This document shows, in pieces, positions 1 to 10,111 of a stretch of 64,000 nucleotides of DNA. Origin of the DNA: an uncultured bacterium (GTDB taxonomy: Bacteria > Hydrothermota > UBA3073 > NMUJ01 > CBEVQO01); assembly GCA_965552055.1 (NCBI GenBank), contig CBEVQO010000006.1:32001-96000 (forward strand). Reading direction: 5' to 3'. Within the stretch, counting starts at the first letter, position 1. Every line of letters starts with the position of its first letter. Made by a program: the position numbers and the translations under genes. The notes under the pieces are model-generated. The model saw only the letters and a list, made by a program, of their open reading frames with translations. It did no database searches and was not told the DNA's origin.

Positions 1-402
1 GTTAAAAAAGCAATAATTGAGTTTATAGATGTCCCTATTTTTAAAATTGATTGTTCAAATGAAGAAGATTTTAAGAAAATAAATTGTCCTGTGATAGATA
101 TAAAATTTATAGATATTATTAACGGGATAAAGGAACTACGCAGATTTCTGGATAAACTTTATATTCAATCTTTGTTTATAAAAGGCAAAGTTTCGAATTT
201 TACGGATGATAGTTTAAATGAATGGTACAGAATAATGCGAGATATAAAGCCTGATTTTGTGCAGGTTTATTCACTTGATAGACCTTTTGATGCTAAAGGT
301 ATAGAAGAAGTATCAATTGACGAATTGAAAACTATTTCCCGTCGTTTGAACAATTATGGTATAAATGCAAAAGCATATGGAAGGCGTAATTCTCAGGGAT
401 AA
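1..402 (+). CDS. Radical SAM Fe-S oxidoreductase (COG0731-like), C-terminal part; 5' end lies outside the window
   Basis: Frame is open from base 1. The C-terminal motifs IQSLF..., IKPDFVQVYSLDRP are typical of this family. Confidence 0.65.
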   Translation, partial: VKKAIIEFIDVPIFKIDCSNEEDFKKINCPVIDIKFIDIINGIKELRRFLDKLYIQSLFIKGKVSNFTDDSLNEWYRIMRDIKPDFVQVYSLDRPFDAKGIEEVSIDELKTISRRLNNYGINAKAYGRRNSQG

Positions 403-1657
403 AATTATTGCGAGAATTTTTTCATTTTTTATAATAGTGAGTTCGATTTCATTGTGTATCTATAATAAATTTTTGAAACCAGTGGGATATGAGTATGAAA
501 TTATTGCTTTAAATCTACTGAATAACAGGGGTTACAGTGGTGCTTTTTTGACAAATAGACCTGAGCCAACTGCTTTCATGTGCCCTTTTTATCCATTTTT
601 ATTATATTTGAACTTTAAATTATTTGGTAAAAATAATTACTTATTTATTCAAATTTTACAGACCGTTTTGATTGCGATGATACCTGTTCTGGTCTTTCTA
701 ACATTTCGCCTACTTTATCGTAAAAACAATTTCTGGATTTTGGTGATGTTCTTGCTTGATTTTCCGTATTTTCTTTTCAGTGGATATATAGGGGTTCCTG
801 TATTGCTTTCGTTTTTAATTGCTTTAACTATTTTTCTGACTGCAAAGTTATCGCTGGAATCCTCACCTAAATTGCAGGTATTAATGGGCATCATAGGTGG
901 ATTGGGTTTGCTTACCGACCCTGTTTTTTTATTAACTCTTGTTCCGTGTCTCATTTATCTATTTATAAAGATGAAAGAAAAATGGAGAATAAGCATTCCT
1001 GTTATTTTAATACTGATAATAATATTTCCATGGCTTTATCGCAATTATAATTTGTTTAACGCAATTATTCTAAAAAATCAGGCGGGTCTTAATTTATTTC
1101 TCGGTAATAATCCCTATGCAACAGGTGGAATATACGATAAGGAGGGAGATGGTTATCCTTTAACGGTGAAGAAATGCCTGAAAGAAGATACCCTTGAATT
1201 TTATAAATTAAATGAGTATCAGAGAGACCGTATGCTATACAAATTTGCTCTTAAGTACATTAAAGAGACGCTGAGAAATGAACCTTTGAAATATTTTTCT
1301 TTAAAATTAAATTGCCTTTTAAGTTACTGGTGCGGGAATGCTTGGAGAATTAGATATGAGGAGATATTAAAGAGTAGAGGTATATCACCATCATTTAAGA
1401 AATTCTTTTTATTAGTATTGCTTTCTTCGATTTTGCTTTTTATCACAATGGTGATAGGAATAGTGAAGCGGGATTCAGTGGAATTTAAATGGCTTCTTTT
1501 GAGTATCATTATTTTAAATATGGGTCTTTATACTTTGACGCATGGTCATACATTTACGAGATACAGAATGTATATTGATTCCATCATAATAATTTTTTGT
1601 GCCCAGGGTATGTCTTTTCTTTGTGGATGGTTAAAAAGGAGGGGAGATGTTTATTAA
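365..1657 (+). CDS. Multi-pass membrane glycosyltransferase, GT-C fold (ArnT/GT39-like)
   Basis: Many TM segments; motifs PTAFMCPFYP, PWLYRNY, GLNLFLGNNP, C-terminal RYR. Confidence 0.75.
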   Translation: MQKHMEGVILRDKIIARIFSFFIIVSSISLCIYNKFLKPVGYEYEIIALNLLNNRGYSGAFLTNRPEPTAFMCPFYPFLLYLNFKLFGKNNYLFIQILQTVLIAMIPVLVFLTFRLLYRKNNFWILVMFLLDFPYFLFSGYIGVPVLLSFLIALTIFLTAKLSLESSPKLQVLMGIIGGLGLLTDPVFLLTLVPCLIYLFIKMKEKWRISIPVILILIIIFPWLYRNYNLFNAIILKNQAGLNLFLGNNPYATGGIYDKEGDGYPLTVKKCLKEDTLEFYKLNEYQRDRMLYKFALKYIKETLRNEPLKYFSLKLNCLLSYWCGNAWRIRYEEILKSRGISPSFKKFFLLVLLSSILLFITMVIGIVKRDSVEFKWLLLSIIILNMGLYTLTHGHTFTRYRMYIDSIIIIFCAQGMSFLCGWLKRRGDVY

Positions 1658-2798
1658 ATATGAGTTAAGTGAAGAGCAGAAAGAACTGGTAGACCTGGTA
1701 AAAAGGATTTGTGAAGAAAAAATAAAAGATAGGGTAAGGGAGCTCGATGAGAAAGGCGAATTTCCCCATGATATAATAAAAGAATTAGCGAGAGCAGATT
1801 TATTCCGGATATTTATTCCAGAAGAATACGATGGGCTTTCAATGGGAACTTTTGAATTGTGCCTTGTAGTAGAGGAGTTATCAAAGGTAGAACCCGGTAT
1901 TGCTACTACTTACGCTGCTAATGCACTTGCATCCACACCAATTATCCTTTTTGGAACAGAAGAGCAAAAGAAGAAATATTTGCCACAAATAGCATCGGGT
2001 GAGAAACTTGCTGCTTTTGCGCTCACAGAGCCAGAAGCGGGCTCTGATGTAAGCGGTATTAAAACGCGTGCAGAAAAACAGGGTGATTCTTATATTTTGA
2101 ATGGAGTAAAGCAATGGGTGACAAATGGTGGTGAGGCTGATATTTATGTTGTGTTTGCCTTGACTTCACCGGAAAAGGGTGCAAGGGGTATGAGTGCCTT
2201 TATAATTGAGAAAAATTGGGAAGGCGTATCTTTTGGCAAAAAAGAAGATAAAATGGGTATAAGGACATCTGCTACAAGGGAGATGATTCTTAACGATGTA
2301 AAAGTGCCGAAAGAGAATTTACTTGGAAGAGAAGGCATGGGCTTTATAATAGCGATGCGCACATTTGAACGCACAAGGATAGGTGTTGGTGCACAGGCAG
2401 TAGGCATTGCTGAATCTGCTTTTAAGCATGCTGTTAAATTTGCGAAAGAAAGGCATCAATTTGGCAAATCGATATCCTCTTTTGAGGGAATACAATTCAT
2501 GCTGGCTGAGATGGCAACGAAAATAGAGAGCGCAAAAGCACTTGTTTACAATGTTGCAAAATATATAGATAGCGGAGCAAAGGACATAGCTACACCTTCT
2601 GCTATGGCTAAGTTATATGCGTCAAATGTGGCAATGGAGGTAACCACACAAGCCGTACAAATAATGGGAGGATACGGATATATGAAAGATTATCCCGTTG
2701 AAAAATTAATGCGCGATGCAAAGATAACACAGATATATGAAGGCACAAATGAAATCCAAAAGCTCGTAATTTCAGCCGATGTATTAAAAAAGATTTAA
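1647..2798 (+). CDS. Acyl-CoA dehydrogenase
   Basis: FALTEPEAGSD, GGYGYMKDYPVEKLMRDAKITQIYEGTNEIQ; SD AGGAGG upstream. Confidence 0.95.
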   Translation: MFIKYELSEEQKELVDLVKRICEEKIKDRVRELDEKGEFPHDIIKELARADLFRIFIPEEYDGLSMGTFELCLVVEELSKVEPGIATTYAANALASTPIILFGTEEQKKKYLPQIASGEKLAAFALTEPEAGSDVSGIKTRAEKQGDSYILNGVKQWVTNGGEADIYVVFALTSPEKGARGMSAFIIEKNWEGVSFGKKEDKMGIRTSATREMILNDVKVPKENLLGREGMGFIIAMRTFERTRIGVGAQAVGIAESAFKHAVKFAKERHQFGKSISSFEGIQFMLAEMATKIESAKALVYNVAKYIDSGAKDIATPSAMAKLYASNVAMEVTTQAVQIMGGYGYMKDYPVEKLMRDAKITQIYEGTNEIQKLVISADVLKKI

Positions 2799-4124
2799 TT
2801 ATCTTTGTTCTTCAATCTTTAATCTTTCTTCTGCTCTTTCTCTGTATTCCTTTATTTTCGAATAAAGATTTTTGGCTTTCTCAAAGTATTGTGTGCTATC
2901 GGGGTGTATCAGGCATCCATCTTTTCCTATGATTTCAATTACCCTGTCCCATAGCTGTATTGCTTCTTTAAATTCATCCTTAGCATAAGCTCTAACTGCC
3001 TCGGTATGCAAACTATCTGCTAAATTCATTCTTTGTGGCAAGAAATAGCCCAGAAATTTATTTATTTCTTTGTTCTTTGGATATTTTTCGTAATATCTTC
3101 CCAGAGTTTCGCAGAATTTCTGAAGGTCATCGGGTTTCTTTGAATTTTCATAATCTTTTAATCTTATTTTTAGTTCGGTTAAATCGATTTTTTCTATTTT
3201 CTTTTTCTTATGTTTTGGCTTGGGTTTTGGCTTTGGTTTTGGTCTGATATAAACCGGTTTTTCTTTTACTACTACTGCTGTTTCTACCACTACTTTTTCA
3301 ATTCTGTGGATTATGAACCAGCTTAAAGCTATCCCTGCACGCGGATAATAATAGTCGGAATTTACGGCATTGGCGAAGCCCATTCTTAATCTCCTTTCTT
3401 TTAAATTTTTCATCTTAAGCATCAGAAAACCAGAGAAATCAAGGTCTATATTTAATTTTGTGAAAAAGTCGCCTGAAGGAGATTTTAAAATTTCAAGAGT
3501 CGTATATTGATAAATTCTTAATGGCTGGGTCATTAGTTTTGATTTTACACCGAAGTGTAAAATGCCAAAAGGCTTATTCTTTTCATTTTCACATATTCTG
3601 TAGCCTATTTTACCTCCTATGGATAAAGAGTATCCGAGTTGATAAAAATAATCATAGGATAAACCAAGGATAAATAAATGGGTTTTGCCGAGCCTATCGA
3701 CATCGAGATTAAAGTATCCGAATTCGTTTTTAAGGTCACCTGAAGGATAGCCTACTTCTGTGTGCAGTAAACCTCCCTTACACCAGTTAGAGTAAGCTAT
3801 ATCCATTTTCGCAGAGGTTAAACCTGGAAATCGCAAAGAGCCTATGGATAGCCATAAGGTGCTTTTGGGTGGTAGAGGACTGGCTTTTTTTCCTCTCATC
3901 CAGCTATATTTGGTACCAAAAACTATTTGCTCATAGTTTAAGCCGAGTAAAAATTCAGCCTCCAGATTTTGCATATTACTCCTGTAATCGCAGCTATCGT
4001 ATAATCCTGTATAGAGAAATCTGAAGTCAGTAAGTCGATTTAGCCACAATCTTCCTCTGATCGCTTCATAGCAGTAAGCGTCTCCAAACAACATTAACGC
4101 AACTAAAATGACTATTCTACGCAT
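2799..4124 (-). CDS. Exported protein: putative beta-barrel N-terminal region, Pro/Lys linker, C-terminal TPR-like helices
   Basis: Signal-like N-terminus, alternating aromatic/Gly strands, KPKPKPKPK linker, AIQLWDRVIEI TPR-like helix. Confidence 0.5.
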   Translation of the reverse strand: MRRIVILVALMLFGDAYCYEAIRGRLWLNRLTDFRFLYTGLYDSCDYRSNMQNLEAEFLLGLNYEQIVFGTKYSWMRGKKASPLPPKSTLWLSIGSLRFPGLTSAKMDIAYSNWCKGGLLHTEVGYPSGDLKNEFGYFNLDVDRLGKTHLFILGLSYDYFYQLGYSLSIGGKIGYRICENEKNKPFGILHFGVKSKLMTQPLRIYQYTTLEILKSPSGDFFTKLNIDLDFSGFLMLKMKNLKERRLRMGFANAVNSDYYYPRAGIALSWFIIHRIEKVVVETAVVVKEKPVYIRPKPKPKPKPKHKKKKIEKIDLTELKIRLKDYENSKKPDDLQKFCETLGRYYEKYPKNKEINKFLGYFLPQRMNLADSLHTEAVRAYAKDEFKEAIQLWDRVIEIIGKDGCLIHPDSTQYFEKAKNLYSKIKEYRERAEERLKIEEQR

Positions 4125-5067
4125 AGCTCCTCCTTTTACTTTGTTTATCCAGAAATTTTAAGAAAGCGATGTAAGATTGAGAGCCTGTTCTTATTTCTTT
4201 TTCCATATCATAAAGCATGCAAATGACATTTAATAAATCTTTCAGCATCATTCCTTCTGTAAGTGTTCGTCCAAACCATGAAGGCTCTTGTTTACCAAGC
4301 AAATAATTTAAGCCATCGAGATACCATCTTTTAACTTTTATAGTAATCTCCTCTGCCTTTTTACCGCTTTCATGAAGATTATGCACTATTTTAAAGGATT
4401 GTTCAAAGTCCCCTTTTTTCAAGGATTCTGCCAATGCAAATAAGCTTTTTGTTCCTTCAAAAAGTGGCACATTCTCCCAGTCTTTAATCTGGATTTTTCT
4501 ATCGGGATAAAAATGCAAGCGCAATATATCGAGGGTTGATTCAATCATTCCGATATCTGTTCCAACGATTTCTATGAGTTTTTTCATCGTAGTATTATCT
4601 ATTGAGATTCTCTTTTTTTTGGCGATTCTGCGCATAATTTCCATTGCTTCATTCAATCGCAAGTCCCAGCATTTGCAAAATAGCATTTTATCGCCCTCTA
4701 TCGTTAAATTCTTACGCGGATTAATGAACGCAGTTAATATCAAAATTATCCCTTTTAATGGCTTTTTTAATTGCTCAGCCACAATTTTGATTAAATTTTC
4801 CGAAAGTTTGTGAAACTCGCGCAAAATTATCAGATGACAATCAGCACCCATCGGAATACTTTTTAAAGTTTGGGTAAACTTATCCACTTCTATTTTTTCA
4901 TCACAATAAACTATTGTTTTATGCACTTTCTTTAATGTTCTCAATTTGTTTTCAATTTCTTTTATCAAAAATTGAATCAAAGAGTAATTTTCACCCATAA
5001 GGAGATAGGATGGACGAATTTTTCCCATATCAATTTCCTGCAAAATTGTCTGAAATTTAACTTCCAT
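4117..5067 (-). CDS. holA: DNA polymerase III delta subunit (divergent)
   Basis: N-terminal PSYLLMGENY, SIPMGAD..LIIL and LIEIVGTD motifs; ~316 aa. Confidence 0.7.
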   Translation of the reverse strand: MEVKFQTILQEIDMGKIRPSYLLMGENYSLIQFLIKEIENKLRTLKKVHKTIVYCDEKIEVDKFTQTLKSIPMGADCHLIILREFHKLSENLIKIVAEQLKKPLKGIILILTAFINPRKNLTIEGDKMLFCKCWDLRLNEAMEIMRRIAKKKRISIDNTTMKKLIEIVGTDIGMIESTLDILRLHFYPDRKIQIKDWENVPLFEGTKSLFALAESLKKGDFEQSFKIVHNLHESGKKAEEITIKVKRWYLDGLNYLLGKQEPSWFGRTLTEGMMLKDLLNVICMLYDMEKEIRTGSQSYIAFLKFLDKQSKRRSYA

Positions 5068-5695
5068 GTTTTTTACAGATTGCCAATAATTTTTCGACTT
5101 CCGGTATGAGTGTGCTCTCCGGGAATTCTCTTTTTACGCTTTCGAGATAGATTTCCGCTGCTTTCCATTTTTTCTGCTTCATATAGAATTTTGCTGTTAT
5201 AATTTCTTTTTTCGCAAGTTTGTTGATGCATTTTATCCTGTATTTCTTTGCATCTTCCACATATTTACTTTCTGGATATTTTTCTATGAATTTTTCAAAC
5301 ATTCTCAATGCTTTCTTTGTTAAAGACTGGTCGAGATTGACATTTGGTGACATTTTGTAATAACATACAGCGAGCTCAAATTCGGCGTCATCAGCATATT
5401 TGCTTCTTGAAAAATGTTCCAGAAAAAATTCATATTCAGAGGATGCTTTTTTGTATTGTTTCATCATAAAATAAGATTTCGCAAGATAATATTCTACAAC
5501 ATCCATTTGTGATTTACCGGCAGATTCATAAATAAGTTCTTCAAATATTTTCGCTGCCTTTTTGTATTTCTTTTCTTTAAAATAACTGCAACCAAGTTCG
5601 AATTTGTCCTCATAGCTCATTTCTATTCTTTTGACTTTTCTGTGGCATGCGGATATTAGAAATAATATCAGAATTAAATTTATTTTTCGCATCAT
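5057..5695 (-). CDS. bamD: Outer membrane assembly lipoprotein BamD
   Basis: Lipobox ISAC, TPRs, LDQSLTKKAL..F..FIEKYPES and LAKKE...AKFY motifs. Confidence 0.85.
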   Translation of the reverse strand: MMRKINLILILFLISACHRKVKRIEMSYEDKFELGCSYFKEKKYKKAAKIFEELIYESAGKSQMDVVEYYLAKSYFMMKQYKKASSEYEFFLEHFSRSKYADDAEFELAVCYYKMSPNVNLDQSLTKKALRMFEKFIEKYPESKYVEDAKKYRIKCINKLAKKEIITAKFYMKQKKWKAAEIYLESVKREFPESTLIPEVEKLLAICKKHGS

Positions 5696-6513
5696 AATTT
5701 AGCAACTGCTTTTTCAATCAGGCGTGTCATAAGTGGTTCTGCTTTTTCTGCTGCTTCTATAACTACTTCGTGGGAAACAGGCTCAAGTGCATCTGGTAAT
5801 CCCATATCTGTAATTATCGAAATTCCCATTACTTTCATTCCCATCTGGCGAGCGACGATTACTTCGGGTACTGTTGACATACCTACGGCATCTGCACCTA
5901 TTGCTCGTAAAAAGCGATATTCAGCTGCTGTCTCAAAATTCGGTCCCTGCACAGCTACATACACTCCCTTTTTAACAGGGATTTTCTCCTCAAGAGCAGT
6001 TTCTTCAAGTAATTTTACTAACTCTTTATCATAACAGTTATACATGTCAACGAAACGCGGTCCAAAAACTCCATCAGGTTCTCCTCTCAAAGGATTATCT
6101 GGTTGTAGATTTATATGGTCAACTATTATCATTACATCACCGCGTTTGAAAAGGGGATTTAACCCTCCTGCAGCGTTTGAAACGATTAATATTTTGGCAC
6201 CAAGATATTTCATAACCCTGACAGGGAAAGTTATTTCCTTTGCAGAATATCCCTCGTAATAATGGAAGCGTCCCTGCATTGCTACGATTTTTTTACCCGA
6301 CAGATAGCCAAAAATCAGTCTGCCTTCGTGACTTAACACCGTTGCCTTCGGGAAATGCGGTATTTCTTCATAAGGTATAACAATCTCCTTCTGAATGCTC
6401 TCAACGAGTTTACCGAGTCCCGTACCCAGAATGATTGCAATTTCCGGCTCAAAAGCTGTCTTTTCCCTTATTTTGGCAACTGCTTCCTCTACTTTTTGCT
6501 TTGTATCACTCAT
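5692..6513 (-). CDS. punA: Purine-nucleoside phosphorylase (trimeric PNP family)
   Basis: IILGTGLG, MQGRFHYYEG, GPNFET, GADAVGMSTVPE. Start placed at ATG 6513 behind SD GGAGGT. Confidence 0.93.
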   Translation of the reverse strand: MSDTKQKVEEAVAKIREKTAFEPEIAIILGTGLGKLVESIQKEIVIPYEEIPHFPKATVLSHEGRLIFGYLSGKKIVAMQGRFHYYEGYSAKEITFPVRVMKYLGAKILIVSNAAGGLNPLFKRGDVMIIVDHINLQPDNPLRGEPDGVFGPRFVDMYNCYDKELVKLLEETALEEKIPVKKGVYVAVQGPNFETAAEYRFLRAIGADAVGMSTVPEVIVARQMGMKVMGISIITDMGLPDALEPVSHEVVIEAAEKAEPLMTRLIEKAVAKL

Positions 6514-6544
6514 TTTTACCTCCATTCTTCATCTTACACCCATA

Positions 6545-7069
6545 TTATATTTCTTTTATAGTTCTTAAAAATTCAAGAGGTCGCATTTTACCTATCCTGC
6601 CTGCGGGCTTTACATCACCAGCTAAAAAATCTATCTTCTTCCACATGTTTTTATGAATCCTTACATCTGCAGGAGACAAAACTAAACCTTCATAGCCATC
6701 TTTTGCCACGGGAATATGACCTTCTTTCAACAATATCCAGCCTTTTTCCTTCCTGAAAATATAATGTTCCCTTAGAAGATATTGCCAGTCTTTTTCATCA
6801 AGTATGTAAAAGTCGCGTTTTCCATTTTCAAAATCAACAAAAATTAAGAGAGTATTTTTCCCTTTAATCCCTCTAATACCTCGCCAGACTTTCCCCTGTT
6901 TTGCTTTAACCTGCACCTTTATGACTTTACCGTCTTTTTCAACAAAAATATCCGTCTGCTTATATTTTCCCATTGTTATTGAAACACTATATCCTCTCAA
7001 TAAAAGTTCTGATGCAACAGCAAATTCGCCTGCCAAATCCAGAGCATCTTTACTCAACCTTTTGCTCAT
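6545..7069 (-). CDS. PD-(D/E)xK superfamily nuclease-like protein
   Basis: GEFAVASELLLRGY ... TDIFV ... KVQVKAK (E..D..QxK catalytic pattern). Confidence 0.7.
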   Translation of the reverse strand: MSKRLSKDALDLAGEFAVASELLLRGYSVSITMGKYKQTDIFVEKDGKVIKVQVKAKQGKVWRGIRGIKGKNTLLIFVDFENGKRDFYILDEKDWQYLLREHYIFRKEKGWILLKEGHIPVAKDGYEGLVLSPADVRIHKNMWKKIDFLAGDVKPAGRIGKMRPLEFLRTIKEI

Positions 7070-7580
7070 TTTCTTTCTCTTCGCTACCTTCTTTTTCTAC
7101 TTTCTCAAACTGATATATGCCAACTTTCTCATATTCTTCCGGTGTAATCTCCACTCCCTTCAACATTTTATCAACAACTTCTGTCAATGCTTCGAGTATT
7201 GCTTTTATTTTATGCAAAAAACTATCCCTGTAAGCTTTCAAAACTTCGCAATCTTTTTCGATTTCCGCACGCTTCAAATATGCCTCCTTTATTATCTTAT
7301 CCGCCTCTATTTTTGCCTTATCAATTATTTCCTGTGCCTGCTTCTCCGCTGTCCTTTTTAATTTCTCCATAGATTCTTTTGCAGATAAAATTGTTTCCTT
7401 TAATAAATCTTCCATCTCTTCATAAGTTTTTACTTTTTCTTCGTATTCTTTATTTTGTAGCATTAATTTTTCGAATTCATCGGCGATTAATTCGAGCCAT
7501 TTATGTACTTCTTTCGGGTCATATCCTCTGGCTTTCTTTTTAAATTTTAAATTTCTAATTTCTGCTGGCGTTATAGCCAT
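7050..7580 (-). CDS. divIVA: DivIVA domain protein
   Basis: ITPAEIRNLKFKKKARGYDPKEV plus coiled coil; SD GGAGGT before ATG 7580. Confidence 0.9.
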   Translation of the reverse strand: MAITPAEIRNLKFKKKARGYDPKEVHKWLELIADEFEKLMLQNKEYEEKVKTYEEMEDLLKETILSAKESMEKLKRTAEKQAQEIIDKAKIEADKIIKEAYLKRAEIEKDCEVLKAYRDSFLHKIKAILEALTEVVDKMLKGVEITPEEYEKVGIYQFEKVEKEGSEEKENEQKVE

Positions 7581-7581
7581 A

Positions 7582-8250
7582 TCACCTCCTCTCACCAAAA
7601 ATTGCCCTGCCTATTCTTATCATATTTGAACCTTCTTCAATTGCTATTTCAAAATCATCGGTCATCCCCATCGATAAAAATTTCATCTCTACTCCAATTA
7701 TATTCAAACTATCAATTTTGTCAAATAATTTTCGAAGAGTTCTAAAACTATCACGGGGCTCACGCCCCAAAGGTCCTATTGTCATCAAACCCTTTATCCT
7801 TATCCTGTCAAATTCAGAAACTTTTTTAACAAAATCGATTACCTCATCGGGATGCAAACCAAACTTTGTTGGCTCAAAAGATGTGTTTACTTCTACTAAA
7901 ACATCGATAGGCTGTGTGGCACGCTTTTGAATCTCTTCAGCCAGTCTCAAGCTATCAAGCGATTGTATACATTTAAAAATTTGAAGCGCTTTTTTGACTT
8001 TATTTCTTTGAAGATGACCAATCATATGCCATTCAACTTTGTCTCCGATGATTTCATATTTTTGCAATGCCTCTTGAACCCTATTTTCACCGATTATTTT
8101 AATGCCACAATCTATAGCTTCCAGAATTTTTTCAGGAGGAACAGTTTTTGTAGCTCCGACAATTATGATTTCTTCGGGATTTCTACCGCATTTTTTACAA
8201 ACTCTGTCAATGCGTTCTCGAAGTTTTTCGATATTTTCTTTAACGCTCAC
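7582..8250 (-). CDS. yggS: PLP homeostasis protein YggS/PROSC
   Basis: VGATK, GENRVQE, WHMIGHLQRNK, LSMGMTDD, MIRIGRAIFG. Confidence 0.95.
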   Translation of the reverse strand: MSVKENIEKLRERIDRVCKKCGRNPEEIIIVGATKTVPPEKILEAIDCGIKIIGENRVQEALQKYEIIGDKVEWHMIGHLQRNKVKKALQIFKCIQSLDSLRLAEEIQKRATQPIDVLVEVNTSFEPTKFGLHPDEVIDFVKKVSEFDRIRIKGLMTIGPLGREPRDSFRTLRKLFDKIDSLNIIGVEMKFLSMGMTDDFEIAIEEGSNMIRIGRAIFGERR

Positions 8251-8255
8251 AATAA

Positions 8256-8282
8256 AATTTAATCTTTATATAGCAATGTCAA
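8256..8282 (-). promoter_or_regulatory. Sigma70-like promoter for the yggS operon, probably leaderless
   Basis: TTGACA-N15-TAAATT-N5-GTG start. Confidence 0.65.
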
Positions 8283-8293
8283 CCATTTTTGAA

Positions 8294-8320
8294 TTGACAA
8301 AGTAATATTTTAATTAAATT
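8294..8320 (+). promoter_or_regulatory. Sigma70-like promoter for the aminotransferase
   Basis: TTGACA-N15-TAAATT, then a leader with a G-rich SD. Confidence 0.6.
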
Positions 8321-8340
8321 GTGGGAAAATAGGGGGGAGG

Positions 8341-9750
8341 ATGATAAAATATCAATCGCCAGAAATTCCTGAAGAAGTCAGGAAAATTATCGAAAGAGAC
8401 AGGAAAGTGATGTACGGTGCTCACACGAAGACACCTGAAATTCCTCTTGTTGTAAAGCGCGCAAAAGGATGCTGGATTGAAGATATTACAGGGAAAAAAT
8501 ATTTGGATTTATGTGCTAATTTCTGTGTTGCATCCACTGGTCACTGTCATCCTGCTGTTGTGCGCGCGATACAGGAACAGGCAGAGGAAGTATTACATGT
8601 AGGGGCTTGCGATTTTTATCATGAAGCACAGATAAAACTCGCTGAAAAATTGGTGGAGATTACTCCGGGAAATGAACCCAAAAAAGTTTTTTATCCCAAT
8701 ACAGGGGCAGAATGCCTTGAAGCTACAATGAAAATGGCAAAATATTATACGAAAAGACCGAAAGTTATCTCATTTTTTGGTGCTTTTCATGGAAGAACCT
8801 ATGCAGGTATGACACTGAGTGGAAGTAAAAAGGTGCAGAGAGCAGGTTTCGGACCACTTATTCCAGAAGTTTATCACACTCTTTACCCTTATTGCTATAG
8901 ATGCCCCCTTGATAAAAAATATCCAGAATGTAAAGAGGGAGAACCCGAGCGCTATGGCGTCAAAATGTTACCTTGTGTTAGATTTTTGACAGACGAAATT
9001 TTCGAAAGATTGGTAGACCCTTATGAAGTAGCAGCAATTTTCGTAGAGCCGATACAGGGTGAAGGAGGATACATAGTGCCTCCTCCTGAATTTTTAAAAC
9101 TGTTAAGAGGAATTTGCGATGAATTTGGAATAATTCTCATTGCCGATGAAATACAGTGCGGTTTGGGTAGAACAGGCAAATGGTGGGCAGTAGAGCATTT
9201 TGGTATTGTTCCTGATGCTATCTGTATTGCGAAAGGTATTGCTTCGGGCATACCCATGGCAGCAGTAATAGCAAAGGCAAAATTTATGGACCCATCGGTT
9301 GATAAAAATGCATGGGCTTATGCATCACATGGTAACACTTTTGGAGGAAATCCAGTTGCATGCGCAGCAGCACTCGTTACAATAGAACTTATTGAAAAAG
9401 AATTCATGAAAAATGCAAAAGAAGTTGGAGATTTTATTATATCAGAGCTAAAAAAGATGCAGGAAAATCATAGAATAATCGGAGATGTTAGAGGATTGGG
9501 ACTTATGATAGGGTTTGAGCTGGTTAAGGATAAAGAAACAAAAGAACCTTTCCCACCGCAAGTGACAAAAGATGGCAAAAACATAAAAGAAGTGTTCATG
9601 GGAATGGCATTCAAGAGAGGGCTTATAATGGAAGGATGTGGTAAAAGCGCGATGAGAATATCACCGCCATTGAGCATCACAAAAGAGGAAGCACAAAAGG
9701 CACTCGAAATAATTGAAGATATAATTACAGAAATCGAAAAAGAAATTTAA
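8341..9750 (+). CDS. Class III PLP-dependent aminotransferase (GabT/acetylornithine-like)
   Basis: AFHGRT, EPIQGEGG, LIADEIQCGLGRTG, AKGIASG, HGNTFGGNP. Confidence 0.92.
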   Translation: MIKYQSPEIPEEVRKIIERDRKVMYGAHTKTPEIPLVVKRAKGCWIEDITGKKYLDLCANFCVASTGHCHPAVVRAIQEQAEEVLHVGACDFYHEAQIKLAEKLVEITPGNEPKKVFYPNTGAECLEATMKMAKYYTKRPKVISFFGAFHGRTYAGMTLSGSKKVQRAGFGPLIPEVYHTLYPYCYRCPLDKKYPECKEGEPERYGVKMLPCVRFLTDEIFERLVDPYEVAAIFVEPIQGEGGYIVPPPEFLKLLRGICDEFGIILIADEIQCGLGRTGKWWAVEHFGIVPDAICIAKGIASGIPMAAVIAKAKFMDPSVDKNAWAYASHGNTFGGNPVACAAALVTIELIEKEFMKNAKEVGDFIISELKKMQENHRIIGDVRGLGLMIGFELVKDKETKEPFPPQVTKDGKNIKEVFMGMAFKRGLIMEGCGKSAMRISPPLSITKEEAQKALEIIEDIITEIEKEI

Positions 9751-9751
9751 A

Positions 9752-10111
9752 TTGAAAATAGGAATAGACATTGTAAAAGTGTCTCGTATCCGACAGCTTT
9801 TAGAAAAATATGGAGATAAATTTTTAAAAAGGGTATATACGGAAAAAGAAATAGAACAATGCAGTAAAAAGGGGTATTTTATTGAATCGCTTGCCGGGCG
9901 TTTTGCAGCAAAAGAAGCAGTACTTAAAGCACTTGGCACAGGCAAAGCAATTGGTATCAGATGGCGCGATGTGGAAATTCTGGATACAGGACATAAACCA
10001 CCAGAAGTAAACCTTTATGGAATACCAAGAGAAAAATTAGGGGAGAGGCATATAGAGATAAGTATTTCACACGAAAGAGAATTTGCAATAGCTGTTTGTA
10101 TAATTTTTTAA
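9752..10111 (+). CDS. acpS: Holo-ACP synthase
   Basis: IGIDIV, LAGRFAAKEAVLKALGTG, ISISHE. Confidence 0.93.
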   Translation: MKIGIDIVKVSRIRQLLEKYGDKFLKRVYTEKEIEQCSKKGYFIESLAGRFAAKEAVLKALGTGKAIGIRWRDVEILDTGHKPPEVNLYGIPREKLGERHIEISISHEREFAIAVCIIF

